From positions 64,001 through 128,000 of the IMG/VR virus record IMGVR_UViG_3300049988_000124: 64,000 bases of DNA. One strand, given 5' to 3'. The DNA comes from a virus (Duplodnaviria; Caudoviricetes). A program made the position numbers and the translations under genes. The notes below the pieces were generated by a model, which was not told the DNA's origin, ran no database searches, and saw only the letters and a program-made list of their open reading frames with translations. Positions 44,995 to 55,246 of the stretch are shown in pieces. Numbering within the stretch: position 1 is the stretch's first letter; each line of letters begins with the position of its first letter.

Positions 44995-45747
44995 CTACTC
45001 CTTTAGTGGCTTCATCAGCTGACCAGGCTCACCGGCACCAAAGTTATTGGCATCGAATTTGGGGCTAGCCTCGACCATCACTCGAAACAGTTCCACTGCG
45101 ACTTCCCTTGCGCTATCGGCTGGGAAATTACGATGCTCTGCCAGGAACTTCTCTCCAGCATCGAGCATCGCTTGCGGTAGAACACTGTTGCTGGGTTTCA
45201 GTGCTGTGTTGTCAACGGCCACGACTTTGAACTGCGTCTTGCGATCAACGGAAGGGGCGGTGATCATGTGCATCTCACTTGCGGGGATACCATGGCTGAA
45301 CCGCTCAGCCATTGACTTAAAGAACGCCGACGACTTAGCCTTCTCCTTCATCTGCTTGATGTCGGGATTGAGCATTTCCACCGAGGGCATTCCGAAACAC
45401 TCACGAACAACCGCTGCGATCAGGTTGAGATTCGTGATAACGAATCCAGCCTTGGTACCTTCACCGTAGATCACGATGGCCATCAAGCAGTTCATTTCAC
45501 GCGAGTAATAAGGCTCGGAATGAATGTCCCGTACGAAAGTGATCACTTCGCTACACACTACTCGCAGCTTGTCGAAGTTCCAACCAGTGTACGGGTTGAT
45601 CTGCTGGCATGCAAGGAAACGGTGGAGGATGTCCCTAGCGCGTGCTTGTTTAGTGGTATCGAGGAATTCAACACTACCCTTTAGATTACCGGTAAGAAGA
45701 TAATGCAATCCGGGGAAAGTGAAGCTCTTAAATGCGGTGTCGGTCAT
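44995..45747 (-). CDS. Hypothetical protein
   Basis: 250 aa coupled ORF. Confidence 0.6.
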   Translation of the reverse strand: MTDTAFKSFTFPGLHYLLTGNLKGSVEFLDTTKQARARDILHRFLACQQINPYTGWNFDKLRVVCSEVITFVRDIHSEPYYSREMNCLMAIVIYGEGTKAGFVITNLNLIAAVVRECFGMPSVEMLNPDIKQMKEKAKSSAFFKSMAERFSHGIPASEMHMITAPSVDRKTQFKVVAVDNTALKPSNSVLPQAMLDAGEKFLAEHRNFPADSAREVAVELFRVMVEASPKFDANNFGAGEPGQLMKPLKE

Positions 45748-46460
45748 GATTTGCTACCTTTCGGTTTTCGCTTAAGCGGAAGGTCTGGTAGATGGGGCTC
45801 ACCAGGTAAGTCCACCCGACCAGTGATGAAGCAAGCAGTGATCCAACTAACATGGTCAAGGTGATACTTAACCAGAGGAATATTCTCCTCCATGCTCGCT
45901 AATTCAAGATCAACTACTAACTGAGCTAGAAGAAACTCGAGTGCCCTGAGGGGAGGATCCCATTGACGACACATGACGAGTACGTGACCAATCTCCATCT
46001 TAACTTCTTCGGAATAGAGAAACATCCCGAAATAATCATCGATAGAGACTTTCTGAACTTTCTCTTGGAGTGACTTAAGAGCAAGTCTTAGATCTTCCAT
46101 GAGGTAGTTCACGACAGATTTGCTGTAGTCACGACCCGCCATCCGAGATGACAGGACGTGCAAGAAATTGTCTCCGTGGCATCCAATCACGCGCTTGGGT
46201 TGTTTACACCAGCAAGCAAGGTCACGTCCTCCCAGGTCCGCTCGCAATTGAGGAAGCCTGAGAGGATCGTCGATCAGTGACCGGTAGAGGTCGATGCGAT
46301 GAAGAGCAATACATTCCTCCCTTGTCCGTTTACCGGAGGTAGAGGAATGAGGATTCCCGAAGGGGGAGGGTCGTCCAATATAGACGGTATTAGGGGGAAG
46401 TTTGTCAGGCCCACCGAACCAGTGAGCATTGACTACCTTGGGGACATGCTCTTCTGACAC
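45744..46460 (-). CDS. DUF4326 domain protein
   Basis: VYIGRPSPFGNP...LGGRDLACWC...CHGD. Confidence 0.8.
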   Translation of the reverse strand: MSEEHVPKVVNAHWFGGPDKLPPNTVYIGRPSPFGNPHSSTSGKRTREECIALHRIDLYRSLIDDPLRLPQLRADLGGRDLACWCKQPKRVIGCHGDNFLHVLSSRMAGRDYSKSVVNYLMEDLRLALKSLQEKVQKVSIDDYFGMFLYSEEVKMEIGHVLVMCRQWDPPLRALEFLLAQLVVDLELASMEENIPLVKYHLDHVSWITACFITGRVDLPGEPHLPDLPLKRKPKGSKS

Positions 46461-46466
46461 ATCGTA

Positions 46467-46673
46467 TTACCTCATGTCCTCAGTTGACAGCGTTCTGAAA
46501 CCTGCAGGGATATCCTCAACGAAACTGGCCTCGCCACCAACCTCGATGCAAGCACCAGTCGGTAGATTGAACTGATCGAATCCTCCGAGCATCAGTCCTC
46601 CATCATCGATTGCGATGCTGTGACTGTCGTCAATCATAGCGAGCCATTTCTTAAGTTGCGCTGCGTTGATCAT
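46467..46673 (-). CDS. Hypothetical protein
   Basis: GAGGA RBS. Confidence 0.5.
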   Translation of the reverse strand: MINAAQLKKWLAMIDDSHSIAIDDGGLMLGGFDQFNLPTGACIEVGGEASFVEDIPAGFRTLSTEDMR

Positions 46674-46685
46674 CGTGCTATCCTC

Positions 46686-47477
46686 TCAGTTCTTGCCCGA
46701 GATCCCTTCTGCGAAAGCCGTGGCGTTGAAGCCCGATCCGATCATCTTCAGGGTCATCTCATTGTGCAGACGCTCCTGGGCACCCTTGGCGTACTTCCAG
46801 TAACTCTGCACTAGCTCAGAGTCCGGGTACTGGTAGAAGTGTGCCTTTCCTTCGCTGAACTCACTGGAGAGCGCATCGTTGAAGTCAGAGTCACGCACCA
46901 AGGCGTTCATGGACTCCACGAACTCACCGCGAGGATCGTTCAGAACGTCGGTGAACCGGTAGAGGTCAGCTGGATCGAGCTTGTCGTTGGCAGCAAGAGC
47001 CACCATGATCTTCAACGTCATGATGAGCTTGTGAACGCGTGCGTCGTTCTGCTTACCCCAGCGCTTGCGGTAGGGCAGCTTCTCCACGATACCACCCTCA
47101 ACTTCAACGGGGGCAATGTACGCATCCATCAGCGTTTCGCGCGCATGACTCATCCAGTAAGGCACCAGGAGCTGCATGATGGTTGCATTGATCTTCTGAT
47201 ACGCGTCAAAGAAGTCACGGTAGAAGTTGAGCTCTTCTTGCGTCTCAGTACCGATGAAAGGAATGAACCGAGCAACCATGGTACCAGTCTTCGTGACTTC
47301 GAGTCGCATGTCCTCGAAGTCCTGGTAACCGCGAGAACCGATCATCCCGCTGACGAGCTCGTGCTTCCACGCCTCGATGATCTCATCCATGAACCGCTGT
47401 CGCCGCGTGAGCACTTTGTAGGCGAAACGATCGAGGGGAGCGGGGTACTTCACGTTGAATACTTCAGAGCGCTTCAT
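46686..47477 (-). CDS. Hypothetical protein
   Basis: 263 aa; follows early-type motif. Confidence 0.65.
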   Translation of the reverse strand: MKRSEVFNVKYPAPLDRFAYKVLTRRQRFMDEIIEAWKHELVSGMIGSRGYQDFEDMRLEVTKTGTMVARFIPFIGTETQEELNFYRDFFDAYQKINATIMQLLVPYWMSHARETLMDAYIAPVEVEGGIVEKLPYRKRWGKQNDARVHKLIMTLKIMVALAANDKLDPADLYRFTDVLNDPRGEFVESMNALVRDSDFNDALSSEFSEGKAHFYQYPDSELVQSYWKYAKGAQERLHNEMTLKMIGSGFNATAFAEGISGKN

Positions 47478-47520
47478 GATGTAAACCCTTTCGTGTTAAA
47501 AACCAACCAAGTCCATCTGG

Positions 47521-47545
47521 GTAATATAACGTTGATTAGCCGATG
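47521..47545 (-). promoter_or_regulatory. Putative early promoter CATC-N13-TATATTAC
   Basis: 44 nt upstream of 47477; spacer resembles the 10587 copy. Confidence 0.6.
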
Positions 47546-48046
47546 GATCTGAAAAACAATAGACATTGGCGTAATATCTATAGAGTGACTTCGACAAGAT
47601 CAACAATTTCATTCGCCCATTACCTCGTTTCAACAAGAAAGGTGTTGTTTCCCATGCTAGATGGTTACCGCGTATCCCGCACCGATGATCGCAATCACCA
47701 GGTCGCTGTTGGTAGTGACAGCCACGTCATTCACCTGACCAACGATCAGAAGCAGTATGTCAGCTTCGTTGTTTGTCCAGACGTACCAGACTTTGAGCAG
47801 TCCGTCTCCTCCAAGGTCATCTTCGCGACGCCAATTGGTCGCCTGGTTCTCGACAGCAACGTTGTTCTAGCGCCTGAAGCATTTGAGCAGATCAAAGACT
47901 TTGATTACAGTTTTTTTCGACACACTGACAAGTCACCCACCACAGTAGTACTGCCTCCCACTGTTGACCGTATTGGTCTGGAGGTCTTTAGTGACGACAA
48001 GGGCCGCACCTGGTCTGTTAACAACCTGACGCTCTTTCACGACTAA
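47543..48046 (+). CDS. Hypothetical protein (start uncertain)
   Basis: Only long ORF between divergent gap and convergent hairpin. Confidence 0.5.
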   Translation: MDLKNNRHWRNIYRVTSTRSTISFAHYLVSTRKVLFPMLDGYRVSRTDDRNHQVAVGSDSHVIHLTNDQKQYVSFVVCPDVPDFEQSVSSKVIFATPIGRLVLDSNVVLAPEAFEQIKDFDYSFFRHTDKSPTTVVLPPTVDRIGLEVFSDDKGRTWSVNNLTLFHD

Positions 48047-48057
48047 ACGATAAGGAA

Positions 48058-48087
48058 TAGAGAGGAGGGCTGATGCCCTCCTCTCTA
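48058..48087. terminator. Bidirectional hairpin between convergent genes
   Basis: tagagaggagggc-tgat-gccctcctctcta. Confidence 0.8.
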
Positions 48088-48106
48088 CTCATCTACTCAC
48101 TGGTGT

Positions 48107-48346
48107 TTACGACTTGGTACGCAGTTGAACGACCCAACCAGGATTACCCAGCGGATTCGTTGCGGGCTGAACCACCACGCCGTTGTAGGACAGGTAAGAC
48201 TTCACCTCGAGTTTGTCCCAGCCATCCTGAGCTTTCATCCAGGTATAGCAGGCATCGATCACTGATGACTCAGCAACCGCGACCACGGTCATGTCAAGCT
48301 TCGCAGCCTGGACCTGGTCGATCTTGGTAAGCAGATCGGGCTTCAT
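48107..48346 (-). CDS. Hypothetical protein
   Basis: AAGGA RBS, follows tailspike. Confidence 0.55.
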   Translation of the reverse strand: MKPDLLTKIDQVQAAKLDMTVVAVAESSVIDACYTWMKAQDGWDKLEVKSYLSYNGVVVQPATNPLGNPGWVVQLRTKS

Positions 48347-48355
48347 GACTTATCC

Positions 48356-50845
48356 TTAATTGTAGATACGAAGGTATTCGTTGGCCGTGGTGAAACGAGC
48401 CATCTGGTACATACCAGCACCGGTCGCCGAGGTTCCATTGGAACTGATGACGATCTCTGCCTTGGTCTCAGGATGTGTCAGAAGAACACGACCTTCACCT
48501 GTCTGCACGTTGAACACGATGGTGACGATCACGTTCAAGAACACCTGATCAAAACCAATAATGGCCCTGACAAGTGAATTAGGAATGTAACCGGCAAATG
48601 CACCACCGACAATCACGCGCAAGTTACCACCATCGAACAGAACGCCGTACTTCACGGTACCAAGACCGGAATTATTGGTGATCCAATTCTCAGGATAGTC
48701 ACTGTTGTAGGTGAGCCCTGCAATAATGCCACCAGTGATCATGGACGGCGCTGCAACGCGGCATGTTGCCCAAGGATAACCGAGTGACGAGGTGTATCCA
48801 GTCTGGTTCTGACTACGCCAGAATGCTTCGCTGTTCTTGGTGGCCATGAGACGGTTGTTGTCATCGAAGACCACGCCCGGTGGCGTACTTGTCTCAGTCT
48901 TAGCGCCCGGTGCCACAAAGCCAGTCGGCAGAACCGTTGACAAGATCGGCAAACTACCTGCAGCAAAAGACGGCGTCCAACGATCAGCAGGCGAGGGACC
49001 AGTAAAGGTACCAGTCTTGCGGATCGTCTCGAACTCACCACGAGGAATGTCGTAGCGCGTTGTTACCGAGGCACCATTTGGCCACGCTGAGGTATTCTGC
49101 GGAATCCGGTTAACGCGAGCACCAACCGCAACGAGTCCCTCGGCCTGGAGGGTGTTGCTCGGGTGATAGGTCACAAAGACGCTCTCGCCACGAATGTCAG
49201 GCTTGCCGCTATTGGGGGCTGGGAACGGTGACTGATCGTAGACCCGCATCGTGAGCGTCATCGCGGGCGATGTCGGATTGGTGTTCACGATCTTGTTCTG
49301 GTCAATGATCAGGTTGCGCGTAATACCTGGGCCACGCCAGGTAAAGTCAGCGCCACCGCAATCTTCGAAGGTGTTGTAAGAGATTTCTCCGGAAGCACCA
49401 ATGATCGAGAATGCACCAAGGTTTGCCCAACCAACACGGCGGAAGATGTTGTCAGTCAGGACCACGTGGCTAGCAGTAGCCATGATCGCACCCTGAACGT
49501 ACTCAGCACCACCGACGACTTCGTTACCGATCTCACCGTTACGGTCGCAATCAGAAAAGAGGTTGCCGGTCATCTGAATGCCGTTCATTCCAGCCAGCTG
49601 GAACGGGAAGCGACAACCAACGACCTTGTTGTTGATAAAGGAGGCGTGATACTCAGCCCCTGCGTAGGATGAACCGGTGGTAACCAGACCACCCTTCAGT
49701 CGCTCGAAGGTGTTTCCATCAGCCGTGATGAACTGAACAGGATTGACTGCCTGACGCGCATCGGTGTTAGCATTGAAGAACCAAGCAAGGCCTGCTGCAC
49801 CACCATCACGCGACGTCGAATCCTTGATGGTGACGTTGCGCATGATCGAGACTGACACCAGCTGGTTCTGCTTCAGTGCCAGGAACGAGGCGAGCATCGG
49901 ATTGCCGCTGTTGGGATTGAAGTTGTCCTGGGTAGAACCAGTAAACGTCTTACCCGACTTAGCACAATTGCTGGTGTGAACGTTCTCGATGGTGAGATAG
50001 TCAACGTCCGTTACCACGATCGCGGAGGCGTTATTCTGGTTGGCCCCATTGATGTTGGTGTCACGAATGATGACGTGACGGTTGTGACGATTCTGCTGAC
50101 CACCATCGATGTGACCGTTAGCGATCTGAATAGCCACACCCCGGTGACCTAGGATCTCGCAATTCTCGAACAAGAAATGCTCAACGGCACTGGCGTGAAT
50201 CTGTGCTTGATACTCAGAGAAGCCGTCGGACTGAACGTTACTAACAAGGGTGATACCGTTGAAGTGAATGTTCTTAAAGACGTAGGCCTGACGGTCTTCG
50301 CCGTTCGTCGTGGTACCAGGAGTGTTAACGGGATTGCATGTGAAAATATACGGCTTGTTACGATCAGCACGGCGGAAGCGGGAGAGACCCTTCACACCGT
50401 AGACGGTCATTCCTGACCACATATTGCCCGAGTCATTGGGATTGGGCAGAGCGTTGTTGGTAGGGGCAGTAAGTGTGCCACCGTTCGCAGTGTCACTGGC
50501 CTGCGACCAGCTGTCCACCAGATAGTCACCGACCTGGTCACGGAAGCGAACGATGATGGCAGCGTTCGTACCCTTGTCGACGCCGTCGTCGCGCGTCGTA
50601 CCGCTACCCTTACCAGGAGTAGCCCAGATCGGGAAACCCTTGTCGATCTGGATTACCTTGGCACGCTGGAGCGCCAGCTTGTCATCGAGCTCACCTGCAC
50701 GGCGCAGTTCGTTTAGGTAGATATAGCCCTTATAGTCGTCGGTGACCGTACCAAGATTAGCAGTCTTGGCTTCGAGGGCTGCTGTTCGGCTTTTCAGAGA
50801 GATAATGTCGTTGGTATCACGCAGATACCTATTTGTCGCACCCAT
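48356..50845 (-). CDS. Tailspike / right-handed beta-helix depolymerase-like protein
   Basis: Short N-terminal anchor; repeated parallel beta-helix turns (ITADGNTFER, MTGNLFSDC, LTDNIFRRV, ISYNTFEDC). Confidence 0.7.
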   Translation of the reverse strand: MGATNRYLRDTNDIISLKSRTAALEAKTANLGTVTDDYKGYIYLNELRRAGELDDKLALQRAKVIQIDKGFPIWATPGKGSGTTRDDGVDKGTNAAIIVRFRDQVGDYLVDSWSQASDTANGGTLTAPTNNALPNPNDSGNMWSGMTVYGVKGLSRFRRADRNKPYIFTCNPVNTPGTTTNGEDRQAYVFKNIHFNGITLVSNVQSDGFSEYQAQIHASAVEHFLFENCEILGHRGVAIQIANGHIDGGQQNRHNRHVIIRDTNINGANQNNASAIVVTDVDYLTIENVHTSNCAKSGKTFTGSTQDNFNPNSGNPMLASFLALKQNQLVSVSIMRNVTIKDSTSRDGGAAGLAWFFNANTDARQAVNPVQFITADGNTFERLKGGLVTTGSSYAGAEYHASFINNKVVGCRFPFQLAGMNGIQMTGNLFSDCDRNGEIGNEVVGGAEYVQGAIMATASHVVLTDNIFRRVGWANLGAFSIIGASGEISYNTFEDCGGADFTWRGPGITRNLIIDQNKIVNTNPTSPAMTLTMRVYDQSPFPAPNSGKPDIRGESVFVTYHPSNTLQAEGLVAVGARVNRIPQNTSAWPNGASVTTRYDIPRGEFETIRKTGTFTGPSPADRWTPSFAAGSLPILSTVLPTGFVAPGAKTETSTPPGVVFDDNNRLMATKNSEAFWRSQNQTGYTSSLGYPWATCRVAAPSMITGGIIAGLTYNSDYPENWITNNSGLGTVKYGVLFDGGNLRVIVGGAFAGYIPNSLVRAIIGFDQVFLNVIVTIVFNVQTGEGRVLLTHPETKAEIVISSNGTSATGAGMYQMARFTTANEYLRIYN

Positions 50846-50893
50846 GTTTAAACTTTCTCAAACAAGAAGAACAGTGGTTGAGATGTTCAACCA

Positions 50894-51448
50894 TTAGGCA
50901 TTCAGCGTGCGCAGTGCCTTGACTTCGTTTGCCGGATCAACCTGCGCAAACGCCTGATAGAGAACTGCCTTCAGGACCGAGATCACGGTCTTCAGCGCAT
51001 TGTTGATGAGCTGAATACGGTTAAGGGTCGAGCCGGGAACCAGACCAGGGCTCGCAATCAGAGTCAGGATCACCGAACCAATGAACGTCGAGAGCTTCGT
51101 GAAAAGGGTGAGAATGGAATCGGTAACCGTACGAACACTCTCGGTGTTATACTCAATCGTTACCTTGCCCTCGGAGACCTTGTTGAACTCCGATGAAACA
51201 ATCGTCAACTGCTCGATGAACTCAGAGGCCAGACCCACGCCCTTCTCCATACCAGGTACCTGGCTCAGGATGGTCATGATGGTGTTGGCGCTGTTCAACG
51301 TTGCCTCGAGGTAGGCGTTGATCTTCCCGACGTTCAAGACGATTGTGGTAGCGGTTCCCTCACGTGTGGTCATACAACCGCCAGTGGCGGCAATAAGAGC
51401 GCCAGCACTCAATAATGAGAACAGGCGACGACGGTTAAACGTCTGCAT
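50894..51448 (-). CDS. Putative Tat-exported lipoprotein
   Basis: NRRRLFSLL...ATGG-C. Confidence 0.65.
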   Translation of the reverse strand: MQTFNRRRLFSLLSAGALIAATGGCMTTREGTATTIVLNVGKINAYLEATLNSANTIMTILSQVPGMEKGVGLASEFIEQLTIVSSEFNKVSEGKVTIEYNTESVRTVTDSILTLFTKLSTFIGSVILTLIASPGLVPGSTLNRIQLINNALKTVISVLKAVLYQAFAQVDPANEVKALRTLNA

Positions 51449-51507
51449 ATAAAACTCCTAATGGTATAAAATAACTGTAGGTAAAACCCGTCCATACCAT
51501 CACAAGG

Positions 51508-51543
51508 GATATACCCTAGGGCCAATTGGCCCTAGGGTATATC
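51508..51543. terminator. Perfect 36-bp palindrome downstream of nrdB
   Basis: gatataccctagggccaa|ttggccctagggtatatc. Confidence 0.7.
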
Positions 51544-51565
51544 TGTCTTTCTCGTTTGTTCTAAC

Positions 51566-52708
51566 TCAGTTAGCCCATGCCTCTTCCCAGGTGCCCTTGG
51601 TGGCTGCCTTGGAATAGTCAGTGCCGGTCTGCTCGAAGAAGTTAACGTGCTCAATGCCGCCCATCATGTCGTTGACGAACTCACCGATCACCGGATCCAT
51701 CTCGGTATTGAAGAGCTTCTTCAGACCGAACTGCGTCATGCGCAAGTCAGCGATGTTCTCGATGTAGTTCTTGACGTTCTGAGCCTCCAGACCCTCAACA
51801 CCGCCCAGCTGGAAAGCGAGGTCGGTGAAGCGGTGCTCACCCTTAACGATGGTGCGGCACGCCTTCTCGAAACGATCCATGAGGAGGTCGAGGTCGAGGA
51901 GGTGACCATATTCCTGAAGGAAAGCCTTGAAGAGGCGAGCAACGAAGGAGACGTGGAGTGACTCATCACGCACTGACCAGCTGACAACCGTACCCATGCC
52001 CTTCAGCTTACCGAAGCGGGTAAAGTTGAACATCGTCACGAAGGAAGCGAAGAGCTGCACGCCCTCAGTCAGACCACCGAAGATGAGAAGAGCAAGAGCA
52101 ATCCCCATCAAGCTGTCCATCCGGAAGCCTGCGGTGAAATTGTACTTGTCCGACATCTCGGCATATTCCATGAACACGGAATAATGATCAGCCGAGAAAC
52201 CAAGACCATCCAGGAGATGCGAGTAGGCAACCTGGTGAATGCCTTCCTGGTTCATGATCGCGCTGATCGCCAGCTGCAACTCAACGGGACGGAAGATCTT
52301 GTAATATTGGTCGCCGTACGCGTTACCGACCAGGACGTCATTCTGCACAAAAAGCGGGAACATGTGCGTCATGAGATTCTGTTCGGCTTTGCTCATCTTG
52401 GTCTTCCAGTCACGAAGATCAAGCTCAACATCGATCTTGTGCCAGAGCCAGTGCAGCTGATTCTGCCGCTCGAACATCTTAAAGCCGAAGTCGTAGCGGA
52501 ACGGCTTGAAGCACGCAGACGGCGTCATGATGTTCGCCTCAGGTACCCCTGGCAGACGCGTCAAGTCGAGATACTTCAGCGGAATGTCAGCGATCTCTTT
52601 CTGGGGGATACGCCCTGAGATGATGTCCGACATGATGGACTCTCGCTTGGAAGCGAGGTTCTCATACTGCTCCTTGTCATACGTCATCAGCTGGGAGAAG
52701 ATCGACAT
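51566..52708 (-). CDS. nrdB: Class Ia ribonucleotide reductase beta subunit
   Basis: EGIHQVAY, TEGVQLFASF, RDESLH, NFFEQ. Confidence 0.95.
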   Translation of the reverse strand: MSIFSQLMTYDKEQYENLASKRESIMSDIISGRIPQKEIADIPLKYLDLTRLPGVPEANIMTPSACFKPFRYDFGFKMFERQNQLHWLWHKIDVELDLRDWKTKMSKAEQNLMTHMFPLFVQNDVLVGNAYGDQYYKIFRPVELQLAISAIMNQEGIHQVAYSHLLDGLGFSADHYSVFMEYAEMSDKYNFTAGFRMDSLMGIALALLIFGGLTEGVQLFASFVTMFNFTRFGKLKGMGTVVSWSVRDESLHVSFVARLFKAFLQEYGHLLDLDLLMDRFEKACRTIVKGEHRFTDLAFQLGGVEGLEAQNVKNYIENIADLRMTQFGLKKLFNTEMDPVIGEFVNDMMGGIEHVNFFEQTGTDYSKAATKGTWEEAWAN

Positions 52709-52746
52709 CGGTAATCCTTCTTTCTTGTGCAAATAGAAATGGACTA

Positions 52747-52776
52747 ACAGGAGAGGGGAACCAGCCCCTCTCCTGT
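52747..52776. terminator. Hairpin between nrdA and nrdB
   Basis: acaggagagggg / cccctctcctgt. Confidence 0.7.
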
Positions 52777-52847
52777 GAACTTGGGGTCTATATAGTGTTT
52801 AAACGAAGAGGCAGAAAAGGTTTTATCTGTCTAGGAGACAAGTAGGT

Positions 52848-54809
52848 TCATTGACAAGCGAGACACTCATCATAGTCAATCTTCTTGTACTCAGTCTGGA
52901 TCTCAGCGCGATTACCACCAGTGGTCGTATCAGCACGCTGAATGGAGAAGGAGCGCAGGTAGTACATCGACTTGATACCGAGCTTCCAAGCCATCTCGTG
53001 GATCTTCCAAAGATCACGCTTGTGGCAATCAGGCGTCATCGCGATGTTCAGAGACTGCGATTGTGAGATGTAGGGAGTACGGTCGGCTGCAAGCTCGATC
53101 AGCCAACGCTGGTCAATCTCGAAGGACGTCTTATAGGTGAGTAGTTCATTCTCGTCGAGGAAGTCGAGATGCTGAACAGAGCCATTGTTATCAAGGATGC
53201 TATCCCAGACTACAGCGGTATTCTGACCCTTGGCTTCTAGAAGCTTCTCGAGGTGGAGGTTCTTTACCTTAAAGGAACCATCCAGCGTCTTTTGCGTGTA
53301 GACGTTAGCTGGGATCGCATCGATACCTGCTGACACACCACCACAGATGATGGAGACAGAAGCAGTAGGAGCAATCGCGGTCTTGTTAGAGAAGCGCTCC
53401 ATGATGCCGTGTTCATTTGCGTCAGGGCAAGCACCACGCTCTTCGGCAATGAGGCGTGAGGCTTCATTTACTTTGGCGTCGATGTGCTTGAACATCCTGA
53501 GGTTCCAGGACTTCGCCATGGCACCCTCGATGGGTAGACCCTTGCCCTGCAGGAAGCTGTGGAAGCCCATGACACCCAGGCCAACCGAACGCTCGCGCAT
53601 CGCTGAGTAGCGTGACTTCTCGAACTCAGGACCTGCATTGACGATGAAGTCTTCCAGCACGTTGTCGAGGAAGTACATGATGTCCAGGATGAACTGGGGA
53701 TCCTTGCTCCACTCTTCGAACTTCTCCAGATTGGTCTGGAAGAGGCAGCAGACAGCCGTGCGGTCAATGCCGTGGTGATCGCGCCCAGTTGGCAGCGTAA
53801 TCTCCACGCACAGGTTGCTGGTCTTGACGAGCAGACCCGACTTCTTGTGGTGCTCCGGAATGCGCTTGTTCACGTTGTCGATGAACAAGAGGTAAGGCTC
53901 ACCGTGCTCGAGACGCTCGATAAGGATAGCCTGCATCAGCTCACGGGCATCAACGGTCTCGACGACCTCGCCGGTCTTGGGGCAGATAAGCTCCCAACCG
54001 ATACCCTGCTGGACGGCTTCCATGAACGCATCGGGAATGGTAATCCCGTGGTGAAGGAAGAGAGCCTTGCGCTTGGGATCACCACCGGTGTCGTTGCGCA
54101 TGTGGATATAGGTGACGATCTCGGGATGGTTGATCGGCACGTAGACGGCAGCAGCGCCGCGACGGTTGGTCCCTTGCGAGATACAGGCGGTCAGCGAATC
54201 CATGACCTTGGTAAAGGAGAACGCACCGGAGGTCTTACCGTTCAGCTTGGCCTTGGCACCGATGCCGCGCACGTTGCCCCAGTAGGTACCGATACCACCA
54301 CCTGCAGCACCCATCCAGATGTTGTCGTTCCAGGTATCGACGATCCCACCCTTGCCCTTGAGCGAGTCATTGACTTCGTTCAGGAAGCACGAGATGAGGT
54401 TGCCCTTCATGTTGCCGCCATTCGACAGGATCGGTGTCGCAGGCATGCACCAGAGCTTGGAGATATAACCGTACATCCGCTGTGCATGGGCTGCATCATT
54501 GGCATAGTAGCGCACGCAATTGGCGAAGCGGTCCTGGGGTGTCTCATCCTCGATGAGGTAGCGGTCCTTCATGGTCGACAGACCAAAAGGCGTCAGGAGA
54601 CTGTTCATGCTATCATCAACGATGACCTGGGGAACAGGCATCGTGCGGGCGACCGCATTCTCGTTGTCACGAGCGTAGCGCTGGTTGCCCGTCAGTACGG
54701 ATTCGGCGACACTCGTGACCGACTTGGCGGCGACGTAGGTCGGCTCGTCGTAGGCAGCTGGAACGGAATCTGCGCTTGCAGGGTCGAAGGACCCACTGAA
54801 ATCCATCAT
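52848..54809 (-). CDS. nrdA: Class Ia ribonucleotide reductase alpha subunit (no ATP cone)
   Basis: PATPILSN, SCFL, SNLCVEI, VCCL, TAIAPTAS, MYYLRS, CLACQ. Confidence 0.95.
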   Translation of the reverse strand: MMDFSGSFDPASADSVPAAYDEPTYVAAKSVTSVAESVLTGNQRYARDNENAVARTMPVPQVIVDDSMNSLLTPFGLSTMKDRYLIEDETPQDRFANCVRYYANDAAHAQRMYGYISKLWCMPATPILSNGGNMKGNLISCFLNEVNDSLKGKGGIVDTWNDNIWMGAAGGGIGTYWGNVRGIGAKAKLNGKTSGAFSFTKVMDSLTACISQGTNRRGAAAVYVPINHPEIVTYIHMRNDTGGDPKRKALFLHHGITIPDAFMEAVQQGIGWELICPKTGEVVETVDARELMQAILIERLEHGEPYLLFIDNVNKRIPEHHKKSGLLVKTSNLCVEITLPTGRDHHGIDRTAVCCLFQTNLEKFEEWSKDPQFILDIMYFLDNVLEDFIVNAGPEFEKSRYSAMRERSVGLGVMGFHSFLQGKGLPIEGAMAKSWNLRMFKHIDAKVNEASRLIAEERGACPDANEHGIMERFSNKTAIAPTASVSIICGGVSAGIDAIPANVYTQKTLDGSFKVKNLHLEKLLEAKGQNTAVVWDSILDNNGSVQHLDFLDENELLTYKTSFEIDQRWLIELAADRTPYISQSQSLNIAMTPDCHKRDLWKIHEMAWKLGIKSMYYLRSFSIQRADTTTGGNRAEIQTEYKKIDYDECLACQ

Positions 54810-54982
54810 AAAAAGTGTTCCGTTGCTTGTGTAAAAGGAAACTGGTAACCGGTTCTAAGAGAAGTATTCGGCATACAATCTAGCTCTTGAACCTGATCAC
54901 AAATTAGCCTCTTACTATGTCAAAATCGTCATGTCATGACACCCAAAAGCAACGTAAATATTTTCACTGAGCACCATTTCTT

Positions 54983-55246
54983 ATGGTTCCACAATGTTTA
55001 TACAACAGAGGATGGTTCGTTATGGTAATTTCACCCATCGCCACCGGGCGAAAGCAGTGGCAGGTCCATGTCGGCTGCTACGCTAAGCATGACTTGAGTG
55101 AATTGAGTAGGCACAGCTACGGTCCTTTCAAGCATCGCTGGATTGCAGCCATGGTCGGATGGTCTCTTTCCTGGGACTCATGTGGCGGAATCATCTGTAA
55201 CTACTGGACAGAAGAAGTACCATTGTCATCACTTGATGCTATGTAA
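54983..55246 (+). CDS. Hypothetical protein
   Basis: Only ORF over 60 aa in the gap; start uncertain (GAGGA precedes second ATG). Confidence 0.4.
   Translation: MVPQCLYNRGWFVMVISPIATGRKQWQVHVGCYAKHDLSELSRHSYGPFKHRWIAAMVGWSLSWDSCGGIICNYWTEEVPLSSLDAM

Noticed and set aside
53772-54848. 358-aa plus-strand ORF (and similar long antisense ORFs such as 46839-47552, 24556-25155)
   Set aside because: Shadow ORFs antisense to well-supported genes; no motifs of their own
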